Notes under the pieces: generated by a model
Database searches by the model: none
Told to the model about the DNA's origin: nothing
The model's input: only the letters and a program-made list of their open reading frames with translations
Made by a program: the position numbers and the translations under genes
NCBI GenBank assembly: GCA_903831815.1
Contig: CAIKZC010000001.1
Span: 149,502-213,501 of the forward strand
Direction of reading: 5' to 3'
Length of the DNA: 64,000 nt
From: an uncultured bacterium
GTDB lineage: Bacteria > Patescibacteriota > Minisyncoccia > Phycocordibacterales > UBA11359
In this document: one piece after another, positions 55,414 through 64,000 of the stretch
Layout: the number at the start of each line of letters is the position of its first letter
Numbering within the stretch: position 1 is the first letter of the stretch

Positions 55414-56655
55414 ATGTCAAGAAAATACACAGTCATTTTAATAATAGTTATAGCCGCAATCGTTTTGGCTTTGGGTATTTTCTTACTGTTCTTTACATCA
55501 CCTGCAATCCAAAATACGACAGGACCAAGTTCTAATTCACCATTTGGTAGTTACAACGGGTCATCTTCAACGACACCCATAACTTCTGCAGACGGAAATA
55601 ACTCAACGGCATCATCTTCATCGGATGTTCAATATATTAACAATCCAACCTCTCAACTTCTGAAAATTTCGACCGTGCCAATCGCCGGAGCGGAAGTATT
55701 TGATCGTAAAATTAATGCAACCACCTCAGTTAGTATCGTTAGATATATTGAACGCGCAACAGGTCACACAGACGAATATAACCACTCGACCGGCGCACTT
55801 TCAGCCTCTTCAAACACTACAATCCCGAGTATTTATCAAGCGTGGTGGTCTAGCAACACTGTATTAGCTCAATTCATTGGCCAGAGCAAAGATCTGGTGA
55901 AAACTTTTACAGGTAATTTACCGGCTTCAACCTCACCGGCCACACAACTAATTGGAGGTTTTCTGTCGGATAACATTTCAACGCTTGCGATTTCACCAAA
56001 AGGAAATCGAGTCTTCACGATTCAAAAAGGGGACAGCGCTCTTGGTTATATTTCCAATCTTGATGGTTCAAAAAAGACCTCTGTACTGAATTTCCCATTC
56101 AATGAATGGGTTGCTCAATGGCCAAATGAAAATACGATCACCCTTACCACAAAACCTTCATCTGGCGCGCTAGGTTTTATGTATTTCCTCACAACAGGCG
56201 GCGCAATGACCAAAGCGCTTGGTAATATCACAGGTCTTACCACCCTCACCAATCCAAGCCTAAGTTATACGATTTATTCCTCGTCTCAAAACGGAAGTAT
56301 TTCCGCAGGTATTTATAATTTTAGTAAAAATACATACCAACAATTCACAAGCAATCCTACTTTACCCGAAAAATGCGTTTGGAGTAAATTAAATAAAACA
56401 ACGGCTTATTGCGCCGTACCTACAACAATCCCAAGCGGAAATTATCCCGATGATTGGTATCAAGGCAGCGTTTCTTTCGTCGATAATATTTATAAAATAG
56501 ACATGTCCATACCGACTGTGCAGTTATTGTATCAACTGCCGACAGATCAATCGATTGACGCCATCAATCTATTTCTTGATGCAAAAGAAGAAAATTTGTA
56601 TTTCACCAATAAGAGCGATTACTATCTCTGGGGTTTAACGATCAAAGGTCTTTAG
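55414..56655 (+). CDS. Membrane-anchored hypothetical protein (about 413 aa, Ser/Thr-rich)
   Basis: It has an N-terminal TM anchor, MSRKYTVILIIVIAAIVLALGIFLLFF. Confidence 0.5.
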   Translation: MSRKYTVILIIVIAAIVLALGIFLLFFTSPAIQNTTGPSSNSPFGSYNGSSSTTPITSADGNNSTASSSSDVQYINNPTSQLLKISTVPIAGAEVFDRKINATTSVSIVRYIERATGHTDEYNHSTGALSASSNTTIPSIYQAWWSSNTVLAQFIGQSKDLVKTFTGNLPASTSPATQLIGGFLSDNISTLAISPKGNRVFTIQKGDSALGYISNLDGSKKTSVLNFPFNEWVAQWPNENTITLTTKPSSGALGFMYFLTTGGAMTKALGNITGLTTLTNPSLSYTIYSSSQNGSISAGIYNFSKNTYQQFTSNPTLPEKCVWSKLNKTTAYCAVPTTIPSGNYPDDWYQGSVSFVDNIYKIDMSIPTVQLLYQLPTDQSIDAINLFLDAKEENLYFTNKSDYYLWGLTIKGL

Positions 56656-57383
56656 GATTGTCTTTTGTGATGCCAACGCACGAAAAGCTCTTGGCAAATA
56701 CTAAAAGTATTGCTGACGATCCAATATAAGGATACAGCGGCTGAAACTGCGAAGGCGATAAAAAAGATCATGATAGGCAAAACATATTTGCTTTGAAAGG
56801 TCATACTTCGAGCTAGATCATTACCAATAGATTTTTGCGCGCCAGCAACGACCGGTGGGGCCGGAGGAGTAATGATCTGCGCTTGAATGAATTGCGTGAT
56901 AGCCGCAAGAAGAGCAAAAATAATGTTCTTGCTTGTTAGACTTATAAAACCTAAAAACATCATGCTAACTGCATGACTTGGTACATGAATGAAACTGTAA
57001 AGTAAACCTGGATCGATCTTGCTAATGCCGCTTCCCAAAAAGATACGATAAAGAGCGATAATGATAGGGAATTGAATTAAAATGGCAAAAAAACCGGAAA
57101 AAGGATTGACTCCTTTCTGTTTGTAAAAAGCCATAGTTTGTTTGGCTTGTTCTTGTTTGTCATTAACGTATTTTAGTTTAATCGCTTCAAGTTCCGGACC
57201 AATATCGCGCATTTTAAGCTGGGTTCTGATAGATTTTTGGGAAAGAGGGAATAGAATGAAACGAACAAGCAACGTCACGAGAATAATAATGACGCCGGCA
57301 TCCGCCCAAGGCAACACATTAATTAAAAAGACTAAAACGTTGTAAATAGGTTGATAAAAAACAGCAGTGAAAAATGAAATCAT
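56652..57383 (-). CDS. yidC: Membrane protein insertase YidC (short Gram-positive/Oxa1 type)
   Basis: The 243-aa protein has 5 TM helices and typical conserved blocks (GWAIILLTLL-like). It lies adjacent to rnpA-rpmH. Confidence 0.9.
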   Translation of the reverse strand: MISFFTAVFYQPIYNVLVFLINVLPWADAGVIIILVTLLVRFILFPLSQKSIRTQLKMRDIGPELEAIKLKYVNDKQEQAKQTMAFYKQKGVNPFSGFFAILIQFPIIIALYRIFLGSGISKIDPGLLYSFIHVPSHAVSMMFLGFISLTSKNIIFALLAAITQFIQAQIITPPAPPVVAGAQKSIGNDLARSMTFQSKYVLPIMIFFIAFAVSAAVSLYWIVSNTFSICQELFVRWHHKRQS

Positions 57384-57393
57384 CTGAAGAATT

Positions 57394-57747
57394 CTACCTC
57401 ATTTTTGCCCTCTTTTCAAGCAAATCTTTGACTTCTTTAACGACTTCCTCGTAAGAAATCTTGGAAACATCAGTTTTTACACCAAAAATCGTCATATGAT
57501 TGGTTTGATTTGAAAAAACACCTCCTTTATCGAGAGTTTCGATAGCTGTATAGACAATTCTCTTGATTCTGTTACGTAAAACGGCCGTTTTAGCTATTTT
57601 TTTAGGTATAGCTACCGCGTAACGACTAGGAAGACTCTCGAGCAACGAGAACGATCTAATCCAAAAATTATGACCATGCAAAACCTTGCCAACTTTGAAA
57701 ACTTGGTCAAATAGGCCTGTAGTTAGCCTTTTTTTCTTTGGAAGCAT
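57394..57747 (-). CDS. rnpA: Ribonuclease P protein component
   Basis: The 117-aa basic protein has the RNR.KR motif (LRNRIKRIVY). Confidence 0.85.
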   Translation of the reverse strand: MLPKKKRLTTGLFDQVFKVGKVLHGHNFWIRSFSLLESLPSRYAVAIPKKIAKTAVLRNRIKRIVYTAIETLDKGGVFSNQTNHMTIFGVKTDVSKISYEEVVKEVKDLLEKRAKMR

Positions 57748-57752
57748 GCTAG

Positions 57753-57887
57753 CTAAACCGTGAGTTTTTTACGCCCTTTTGAACGACGTCGTGAAATAAC
57801 ATTGCGTCCGGTCTTACTGCGCTGGCGGACTAAAAATCCGTGAGTTACGTTTCGCTTTTTTTTCTTTGGTTGATATGTTACTGACAT
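57753..57887 (-). CDS. rpmH: 50S ribosomal protein L34
   Basis: I translated [44 protein letters not shown], 44 aa. It is not in the ORF track because it is under 60 aa. Confidence 0.85.
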   Translation of the reverse strand: MSVTYQPKKKKRNVTHGFLVRQRSKTGRNVISRRRSKGRKKLTV

Positions 57888-57991
57888 AAAAATGGCTTAA
57901 TTTGGTTGTTAACAATTTATACACACATTATAAACATATTTTGGCATTATCCACAAGTTCTTAATTTTTCAACAGGTTATATAATAGGTAA
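57888..57991. promoter_or_regulatory. rpmH/dnaA divergent intergenic region carrying a perfect DnaA box TTATCCACA (57947-57955); part of oriC and the dnaA promoter
   Basis: The consensus box is read directly, in the classic rpmH-dnaA context. Confidence 0.6.
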
Positions 57992-59356
57992 ATGCAACCA
58001 ACACAAACACCGGATTACGTAGGTCTCTGGAATAAGGTCCTAACTGAAATAGAACTATCTATTTCCGGCGCTAACTTTAAGACTTGGTTTAGAGACACTT
58101 ACATCGATAGACAGGAAGAGGGGACGGTTTTCCTTGCCGTGCCAAATCCTTTTGTTAAGACATGGCTTTTGGATAAATTTCACAAAACAATTTTAAGATC
58201 TCTCCGAAATTTCGATGAAAATATTCGAGCTATCGAATATCTCATTGTAAAAAATGAGAATAAAGCTAAACCGGAGCAAACTCAACAGAAACAAACTACG
58301 CCCACCAAAGAACTTCCTCTTGCTGATTTCTATATTAACAAAGATGACAACTTAAATCCTCGATACACTTTTGAAACTTTTGTAGTCGGTCCTTTCAACG
58401 AACTCGCTTATGCCGCTTCGCAGGCCATCATCAAAAAACCTGGCGTTGTTTACAATCCACTTCTCATTTACGGCGATACGGGTCGAGGCAAAACACATTT
58501 AATCCAAGCTTTGGGTAATTACATCAAAACAACTTACAAAAATAAAAAAGTTTTTTACTTAACTTCGGAAAAATTTGCCTTAGATTACATCAGTTCCGTT
58601 CATGATCCGCAAAAAGTAAATTCTTTTAAGGAAAAATATCGCAAATATGATGTCTTGATCATGGATGACATCCAGTTTTTGGCCGGCAAGGAAAAAAGTC
58701 AGGAAGAACTCTTCCATCTCTTCAATAATCTATACGACAACAACAAACAGATTATATTTTCTTCCGATAAGCACCCCAACTATATTCCAAACCTTGAAAA
58801 CAGATTGCGCTCACGTTTCGCGGCCGGTATGATCGTCGATATTTCAGCACCGGATCAGGAGTCACGAGCGGCTATTGTAAGAGCTAAAACACTTCTTCAT
58901 AACCTTAATTTAAGCCCTGAAATTATTGATTATATCGCTACCACCGTCGATTCCAACATCCGCGAACTTGAAGGCACTTTAAATTCAATTGTCTGCCAAG
59001 TTGAATTAAAAGGAAAAGATCTGAATATTTCCGATGTTAAAAATATCGTGAAAGGAAGCGCAAAACCAAAAAAGGCGGTCTCAGTTATGGATGTCGTTAA
59101 GGTCGTCGCAGGATTTTATAACATCGAAGAAGACAGTATGTGTAAAAAAACTCGCCACAAAGAGGTAGTGAAACCTCGTCAGCTCGCTATGTATATCTTG
59201 CGAGAAGATTTTAACATCTCTTATCCGACGATCGGTCAAAAAATGGGTGGTCGAGATCACACCACAGTCATTCATTCTTATGAAAAAATAAAAGAGGAGT
59301 TAAAAATTAATAGTATTTTGGCTGAAGAGTTGGCGCAGATCAGATCGATGATTTAG
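57992..59356 (+). CDS. dnaA: Chromosomal replication initiator DnaA
   Basis: It has the AAA+ Walker A GDTGRGKTHL and a C-terminal DNA-binding domain (HTTV...). Confidence 0.95.
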   Translation: MQPTQTPDYVGLWNKVLTEIELSISGANFKTWFRDTYIDRQEEGTVFLAVPNPFVKTWLLDKFHKTILRSLRNFDENIRAIEYLIVKNENKAKPEQTQQKQTTPTKELPLADFYINKDDNLNPRYTFETFVVGPFNELAYAASQAIIKKPGVVYNPLLIYGDTGRGKTHLIQALGNYIKTTYKNKKVFYLTSEKFALDYISSVHDPQKVNSFKEKYRKYDVLIMDDIQFLAGKEKSQEELFHLFNNLYDNNKQIIFSSDKHPNYIPNLENRLRSRFAAGMIVDISAPDQESRAAIVRAKTLLHNLNLSPEIIDYIATTVDSNIRELEGTLNSIVCQVELKGKDLNISDVKNIVKGSAKPKKAVSVMDVVKVVAGFYNIEEDSMCKKTRHKEVVKPRQLAMYILREDFNISYPTIGQKMGGRDHTTVIHSYEKIKEELKINSILAEELAQIRSMI

Positions 59357-59565
59357 TTGTGGATTACTTGTGAATAGGTAGAGGATTGTTTGTTAATATA
59401 AAGTCAAGAAAAAAATTATGAAAAAATATACCCAGATCGGAGATCGAACTTTCCACACTATCCACACAAAGAATTATATTAATAAAGGTTGTTATTCAAC
59501 ACTGTTTACGAGTTACCCACATATCAACAGTCTTAGTAGTAGTAATAATTTTAATATATAAATAT
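59357..59565. promoter_or_regulatory. dnaA-dnaN intergenic oriC candidate: DnaA-box variants TGTGGATTA (59358-59366), CTATCCACA (59458-59466) and TTACCCACA (59513-59521), plus an AT-rich unwinding stretch at 59535-59565
   Basis: The boxes are read by eye, each 0-1 mismatch from TTATCCACA. A near-pure AT run lies immediately upstream of dnaN. Confidence 0.55.
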
Positions 59566-60666
59566 ATGAAAATAGAGTGCACAAAGAATAAACTACTACA
59601 GGCTGTTTCTAAGGTTGAAAAGATCACAAGTAAACATCCAACACTCCCAGTTTTGCGTTGTGTACTTATTGAAGCTAAAAATGGAAATGTAATTTTAAGA
59701 TCAACTAATTTGGAATTGGGGATTGAGGTAAAAGTTCCAGCCAAAGTTTATACCGAGGGTGTGGTGGCTGTGCCGGCTAATATTCTTTATAGTTTTATAT
59801 CTCAAGTCTCCGAGGATGGAAGTGTTGTTTTGGAGGTTTCCGAAAAAAACCTAATTGTTTCAAGTTCGGGAAGTAAAGCGGTGATAAACGCCTATAATTA
59901 TGAGGATTTTCCAACATTACCAGTTGTGCCTAAAGAAAAAACTTTTAAAATTCATGCTAAGGATTTGGTTAAAGGGTTTAAGTCGGTCTGGTATGCCGCT
60001 TCTATTTCGAGCATGAAACCTGAGTTAGCTAGCGTTTATGTTTATGGGGATGAAAGCGAGGTGTGTTTTGTGGCCACAGATTCATTTAGGTTAGCTGAAA
60101 AAAAGATCTATACCAAAAAACTCAGAGAAATTGGGGCGATCCTCATACCATTTAAAAGTGTTATTGAAATAGTTAGGATTATTGAAGATGTATCCGAAGA
60201 GATTGAAGTTAATTTAACTAAAAATCAAATCTCATTCTCTTTTAGCACAACTTACATCACTTCAAGAGTGGTTGAAGGGGTTTTTCCTGATTACAAACAG
60301 ATCATTCCAAAAGAATTTACTACTGAGGTGGTTGTTTTGAAACAAGATATTGTTCAGGCTCTCAAATTAGCAACGATTTTTTCCGATGCTTTTCACCAAG
60401 TATCGATAAAAGTCGACCCAAGCAAAAAACTTTTTGAAATTTCAACAAGAAACACAGAGGTGGGGGAACATGTCCACTCTTTATCTGCCGCTATCTCTGG
60501 TGAGCCTGTTGCGATTAATTTTAATTTTAAATATATCGTTGATTGTTTTCAATCGGTTGAGGCCGACAGTGTTTCTTTGCAGTTTAACGGTCTAAATCGC
60601 CCCATGGTCGTGCGCGGAGTGTCTGATGGTTCGTTTACCTACCTAGTGATGCCAATGAACAAATAA
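59566..60666 (+). CDS. dnaN: DNA polymerase III beta sliding clamp
   Basis: The 366-aa protein has a three-domain clamp architecture and a typical N-terminus. Confidence 0.95.
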   Translation: MKIECTKNKLLQAVSKVEKITSKHPTLPVLRCVLIEAKNGNVILRSTNLELGIEVKVPAKVYTEGVVAVPANILYSFISQVSEDGSVVLEVSEKNLIVSSSGSKAVINAYNYEDFPTLPVVPKEKTFKIHAKDLVKGFKSVWYAASISSMKPELASVYVYGDESEVCFVATDSFRLAEKKIYTKKLREIGAILIPFKSVIEIVRIIEDVSEEIEVNLTKNQISFSFSTTYITSRVVEGVFPDYKQIIPKEFTTEVVVLKQDIVQALKLATIFSDAFHQVSIKVDPSKKLFEISTRNTEVGEHVHSLSAAISGEPVAINFNFKYIVDCFQSVEADSVSLQFNGLNRPMVVRGVSDGSFTYLVMPMNK

Positions 60667-60671
60667 AGACC

Positions 60672-60917
60672 ATGTTCAACATCGCTGATTTTTTAGAAAA
60701 ATTTAAAAAATTCGACCAGAATAAAACCGTTCGGACTGAAAATATAATAAATAGTGTCGAAAAGATCATCGGAATTAAAATTGATAAGAAAAACATCACA
60801 ATCAAGAATGGTGTTTTGTACATTCAAGGATCCCCAACACTAAAACAGGAGATATTTTTGAAAAAAGAAAACCTTCTGACGCTTATCGCGGCAGAAGGAG
60901 TCTTTGATGTTAGATAA
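60672..60917 (+). CDS. Small protein (81 aa), possibly DUF721/DciA-like, immediately downstream of dnaN
   Basis: The C-terminal IKNGVLYIQGSPTLKQEIFLKKENLLTLI resembles the DUF721 block (L.v.v.s..w.qEL..l...il.kl). Its position beside dnaN is typical for DciA. Confidence 0.3.
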   Translation: MFNIADFLEKFKKFDQNKTVRTENIINSVEKIIGIKIDKKNITIKNGVLYIQGSPTLKQEIFLKKENLLTLIAAEGVFDVR

Positions 60918-60919
60918 TC

Positions 60920-61888
60920 TTAAATATTGGTTAGACAACCTTGATAGGTACAAAATGCGCAGTTAAAAGTGGTTGTTTTGCAATTGGATGTTTGCGTCCA
61001 GTGTGTATTTGGTGCAACCTGTTTGGTTCCTATGCATGGTGTGCCGTTGCCTGGACTTATTACAACGTCTTGTCGACACTCCACGGAGAAATACTTACAG
61101 ACATTTGGAGTGACGGCACATTGATTTGTGATAAGCATGTATTCGTTGATTATATCTCCGCTTGCCCAACTTACGTTGTTTGTCGTTGGGTTTTGAACCG
61201 TGTCTGGGCAAGCCAACATACCTTGAGGTATTGAGCCGAGACATGAATATGTTGTGGTTGCGTTATTACCGCCACCACCGCCGATAGTTTTTGAAATATC
61301 ATCAATGTTTTCGAGTTTGTAGGTTATGGTGTTACCGCTTGAAAATACTGGAGTTGCCAACCATGCGCTTCCATTAGCACAAAGTTTGTTTGAAGGCACT
61401 CCGCTGTCTTGCGAGCAGTAATAATAAACCGGGGTTTTCATATTGACGTTATTGAATTTTTGAAAAGTAACGGTTGATGAAGCGGCTTCAGCTGTTTTAA
61501 TATTCAATAACGACCAGAATGTATTTTCAGTTTTTGTGGGCTCAGCAAGAGCTAGTTGAGTTCCGCTGGTATTGCCTGAGATGTCTAATCCAGGAAAAAA
61601 ACCTTGAGTTTGATTTTGAAACAACTGACATATATCAGTCGAGCTTATACAATACATTGAAAAATCCTTGCCGGTCGGGTTTGGATAAGCTCCTGTATCA
61701 AGGTAATACAGAGACATTTGATTTTTGATTTGGACCGATTCAGCCAGAACATAGGCGTTGGTGGCACTTTTTTTGGCAGACTGCACAAAAACTAAAGTGA
61801 TACTGGCAAGGACGCCAATTATCGAAACTGCGACCAGAAGTTCGATCAAAGTGAAACCTGATTGTTTATTGTTGTCATGCGTTTTCAT
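60920..61888 (-). CDS. Large type IV pilin (major pilin candidate) with a Cys-rich C-terminal domain
   Basis: The N-terminus is MKTHDNNKQSG|FTLIELLVAVSIIGVLASI, the canonical prepilin class-III signal. It is 322 aa. Confidence 0.8.
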   Translation of the reverse strand: MKTHDNNKQSGFTLIELLVAVSIIGVLASITLVFVQSAKKSATNAYVLAESVQIKNQMSLYYLDTGAYPNPTGKDFSMYCISSTDICQLFQNQTQGFFPGLDISGNTSGTQLALAEPTKTENTFWSLLNIKTAEAASSTVTFQKFNNVNMKTPVYYYCSQDSGVPSNKLCANGSAWLATPVFSSGNTITYKLENIDDISKTIGGGGGNNATTTYSCLGSIPQGMLACPDTVQNPTTNNVSWASGDIINEYMLITNQCAVTPNVCKYFSVECRQDVVISPGNGTPCIGTKQVAPNTHWTQTSNCKTTTFNCAFCTYQGCLTNI

Positions 61889-62147
61889 TTCTTTTGACGT
61901 ATTTTTGATTTTTTAAATGTGCCTTATCCACCTGAATTTTTAGTTCTTCGGGCACAACATATGTAACTACTGGGTTGTTCCCCACACCAAAAAGATAATG
62001 GGCGAATGTAATAGCTGAAATGGTTAAAGATATTAGAGAAACGCTAATAATGAGCGCTTTAGCTTGCGTCTCACCTGTAACGATCCCGGTTTTTAAAACA
62101 AAACTAACAACTCTATCTTTATGGGCATTTTTTTTATTGACAGTCAT
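61875..62147 (-). CDS. Small membrane protein (90 aa), hypothetical
   Basis: It has a single TM helix (ALIISVSLISLTISAITFAHYLF) and lies upstream of the pilin gene on the same strand. Confidence 0.4.
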   Translation of the reverse strand: MTVNKKNAHKDRVVSFVLKTGIVTGETQAKALIISVSLISLTISAITFAHYLFGVGNNPVVTYVVPEELKIQVDKAHLKNQKYVKRNENA

Positions 62148-62195
62148 ACTGCGTCTATTATACAGAAATTAGATATTTTTATCTACCCAATTTAT

Positions 62196-64000
62196 TTAAG
62201 GTGTGGTTGGGATCGCGTTGGTAGTTGTTGAGGTTGGAATTATTAACGCAGAGCCGTGTGTGGAAAACCAATTTCTGACGCCATATTCCCAATTTTGAAA
62301 TTGAGAGTCGTTTTCAGGATGGATCGGTGGCGGGCCTAACGGGTCTTTGCGATCTACATAATATAAAAGTGAATGTTGTTCTGCTACACCAAATTGATTG
62401 ACGAAAGGAGTTGAGCTGGAAGTTGGATAAGGCAAATTATAAGTGTACGACGAACTTTGGATAGTTGGCCAAACACCTCGGAGTATTGGTTTTATTGTTT
62501 GATCAACAGGGTCCGGTGCTTTAAATTGCTCGTCTGGAAGTGTTGGTAGAACAGTGTCCATGAAAGCACGCCAGAAAGGTGCAACAATAAAACCGGCGAT
62601 TTTCTTGGCCATTGGTGTACCGTCATTGTTTCCGGCCCAAGCTGTGACCACAATATTTGGTGTGTAACCGATAATCCAAGCATCAACGAAATTGTTGGTG
62701 GTCCCTGTTTTCACAGCCACGTCTTTACCAGGGAAATAGAGAGGGGAGTTGAGACCATACTCGGAAGAACGAGCGACGTTGTCGTTTAATATATCGGATA
62801 TTTCCAAAGCTGTTTGTTCCGGCAAAACCTGCGTGCTATTTGGAGTAAATTGTTCCAAAATATTTCCATCTGAGTCTTGAACCGAAAGAATCCCCGTATA
62901 CGGATTGCGAATACCTCCGGTTGCGAAAACTCCATAAGCGCTAGTCATATCGATAGGTGAGACTTCACCTCCACCAAGAACGAGCGTCAATCCATATTGA
63001 TTTGAATCGGTTAAGCTGGTGATACCCATGGCTTTTGAAAGTTCAAGAGCTTTATTAATCCCAACCATATAAAGCATTTCGACTGCGGGGACGTTGACTG
63101 AACCAGCCAAAGCATTTCGAACGGTAATTGGACCTTGGAAAGTTCCGCTGTAGTCGTTTGGAGAATAGCACGGCGGGGTGCTGGAAAGATCGTTAGGCTG
63201 GCAGTTTGTTGAGAATTGAATTTTCGCGTCAAACATAATAGTGTCGGGAGTGTAGCCTTCATTGAAAGCCTCGGAATAGATAAATGGTTTAAAAGTCGAG
63301 CCTGGTTGTCGGTTTGGAGCAGTGGCGACGTTAAAATTTCCACCAATTTTTGTGTCAAAATAATTTCGTGAACCAACCATGGTCAGAATCTGTCCTGTCT
63401 TTGGATCTAGGGCGACCAGCGCGTCGTTGCTGGCATTGAAATCTTTTTCATTTTGCAGGGCGTATTTTTTGGCCAAAGTTTCCGCGTTTTGTTGCATTGT
63501 ATAGTCGAGTGTGGTGATAACTTTTAGTCCGCCATTCAAAACTTTATCTTCTCCATATTTGTTTTCCAAATAATCTTTAATGAACATGACAAAATGAGGA
63601 GCTTTAATTCCTTGATTTCCTCCAGTCTGGAACGTAACTTTTTCTACCGAAGCTTTGGCAAATTCATCTTGAGAAATAAATTTATTTTCCAACATTTTTT
63701 TCAAAACCAAATTTTTTCTGTCTTCAAGATCTTTTAGATAATTTCCATATGGAGAGTAGTGGGTTGGAGCTTGTGGGATCGCGGCCAGATATGCGGATTC
63801 GGCGATATCTAGATCGGCGGCGTGTTTACCCAAGAAGGCTTCGCAGGCTTCTTCGATGCCAAAATGGTTGCCTCCGTAAGAAATGCTGTTTAGATAGAGA
63901 TTGAAAATGGTGTCTTTGTCGGCAATTTGCTCCAAACGAATCGAAAGGACCCACTCTTTAATTTTTCTTGAAATAGTTTTATCAGAACTGAGTAAAGAAT
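62196..64000 (-). CDS. Class A penicillin-binding protein (glycosyltransferase plus transpeptidase); 5' end beyond the window
   Basis: It has the GT51 C-terminal motifs (RKIKEWVLSIRLE, extending in frame upstream of the ORF-track TTG, and YLNSISYGGNHFGIEEA) and the transpeptidase SxxK (GSTFKP) and SxN motifs. The in-frame reading continues to the window end. Confidence 0.85.
   Translation of the reverse strand, partial: SLLSSDKTISRKIKEWVLSIRLEQIADKDTIFNLYLNSISYGGNHFGIEEACEAFLGKHAADLDIAESAYLAAIPQAPTHYSPYGNYLKDLEDRKNLVLKKMLENKFISQDEFAKASVEKVTFQTGGNQGIKAPHFVMFIKDYLENKYGEDKVLNGGLKVITTLDYTMQQNAETLAKKYALQNEKDFNASNDALVALDPKTGQILTMVGSRNYFDTKIGGNFNVATAPNRQPGSTFKPFIYSEAFNEGYTPDTIMFDAKIQFSTNCQPNDLSSTPPCYSPNDYSGTFQGPITVRNALAGSVNVPAVEMLYMVGINKALELSKAMGITSLTDSNQYGLTLVLGGGEVSPIDMTSAYGVFATGGIRNPYTGILSVQDSDGNILEQFTPNSTQVLPEQTALEISDILNDNVARSSEYGLNSPLYFPGKDVAVKTGTTNNFVDAWIIGYTPNIVVTAWAGNNDGTPMAKKIAGFIVAPFWRAFMDTVLPTLPDEQFKAPDPVDQTIKPILRGVWPTIQSSSYTYNLPYPTSSSTPFVNQFGVAEQHSLLYYVDRKDPLGPPPIHPENDSQFQNWEYGVRNWFSTHGSALIIPTSTTTNAIPTTP

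Noticed and set aside
1-64000. CRISPR arrays, diversity-generating retroelements, reverse transcriptases, restriction-modification genes
   Set aside because: I looked for regularly spaced direct repeats, RT motifs (YxDD), near-identical TR/VR pairs and MTase motifs. None was seen.

Overview
This 64-kb window is AT-rich (roughly 40% GC) and looks like a compact Candidate-Phyla-Radiation (Patescibacteria/Saccharibacteria-type) chromosome. It spans the replication origin, with rpmH-rnpA-yidC divergent from dnaA-dnaN and DnaA boxes in both flanking intergenic regions. Housekeeping genes present are recJ (partial), a HIT hydrolase, pgk, tpiA, nusA, an H+-pyrophosphatase, a trigger factor that lacks its PPIase domain, rsmE, clpP, rny, hup, cca, xth, a Xer-type tyrosine recombinase, rpsO, pnp, comM/yifB, pcrA/uvrD, rsmA and a class-A PBP (partial). 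Four tRNAs are present: Gly-UCC, Pro-UGG, Gly-GCC and Arg-UCG. Two surface-machinery loci stand out. One is a minus-strand type IV pilus operon (pilB, pilC, three prepilin-type pilins and a GspK/PilX-like protein) that runs straight into tpiA-pgk, with a separate large pilin near the origin. The other is a Gram-positive-style type-IV-secretion-like cluster at 45.3-56.7 kb: a PrgI/VirB3-like protein, a VirB4 ATPase preceded by a separate ORF resembling the VirB4 N-terminus, a VirB6-like polytopic membrane protein, a VirB2-like small membrane protein, and secreted or anchored proteins. The signals no standard annotation explains are: (i) three copies of a repeat with a conserved GC-rich core (~CTCACGGAGCGCGACGGCGCGAGTGTGAGG) set inside copy-specific perfect 20-32-bp inverted repeats, each in a divergent promoter region; (ii) about ten scattered single-gene cassettes (sigma70-like promoter, AGGAGG RBS, small GC-elevated ORF, strong terminator), including a tandem paralog pair and a 37-aa membrane peptide; and (iii) a 12-bp perfect palindrome, TATCTTAAGATA, sitting just upstream of three pilin/secreted-protein start codons and of xth. 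All calls come from reading the sequence and the ORF translations; no database search or computed statistic was run.
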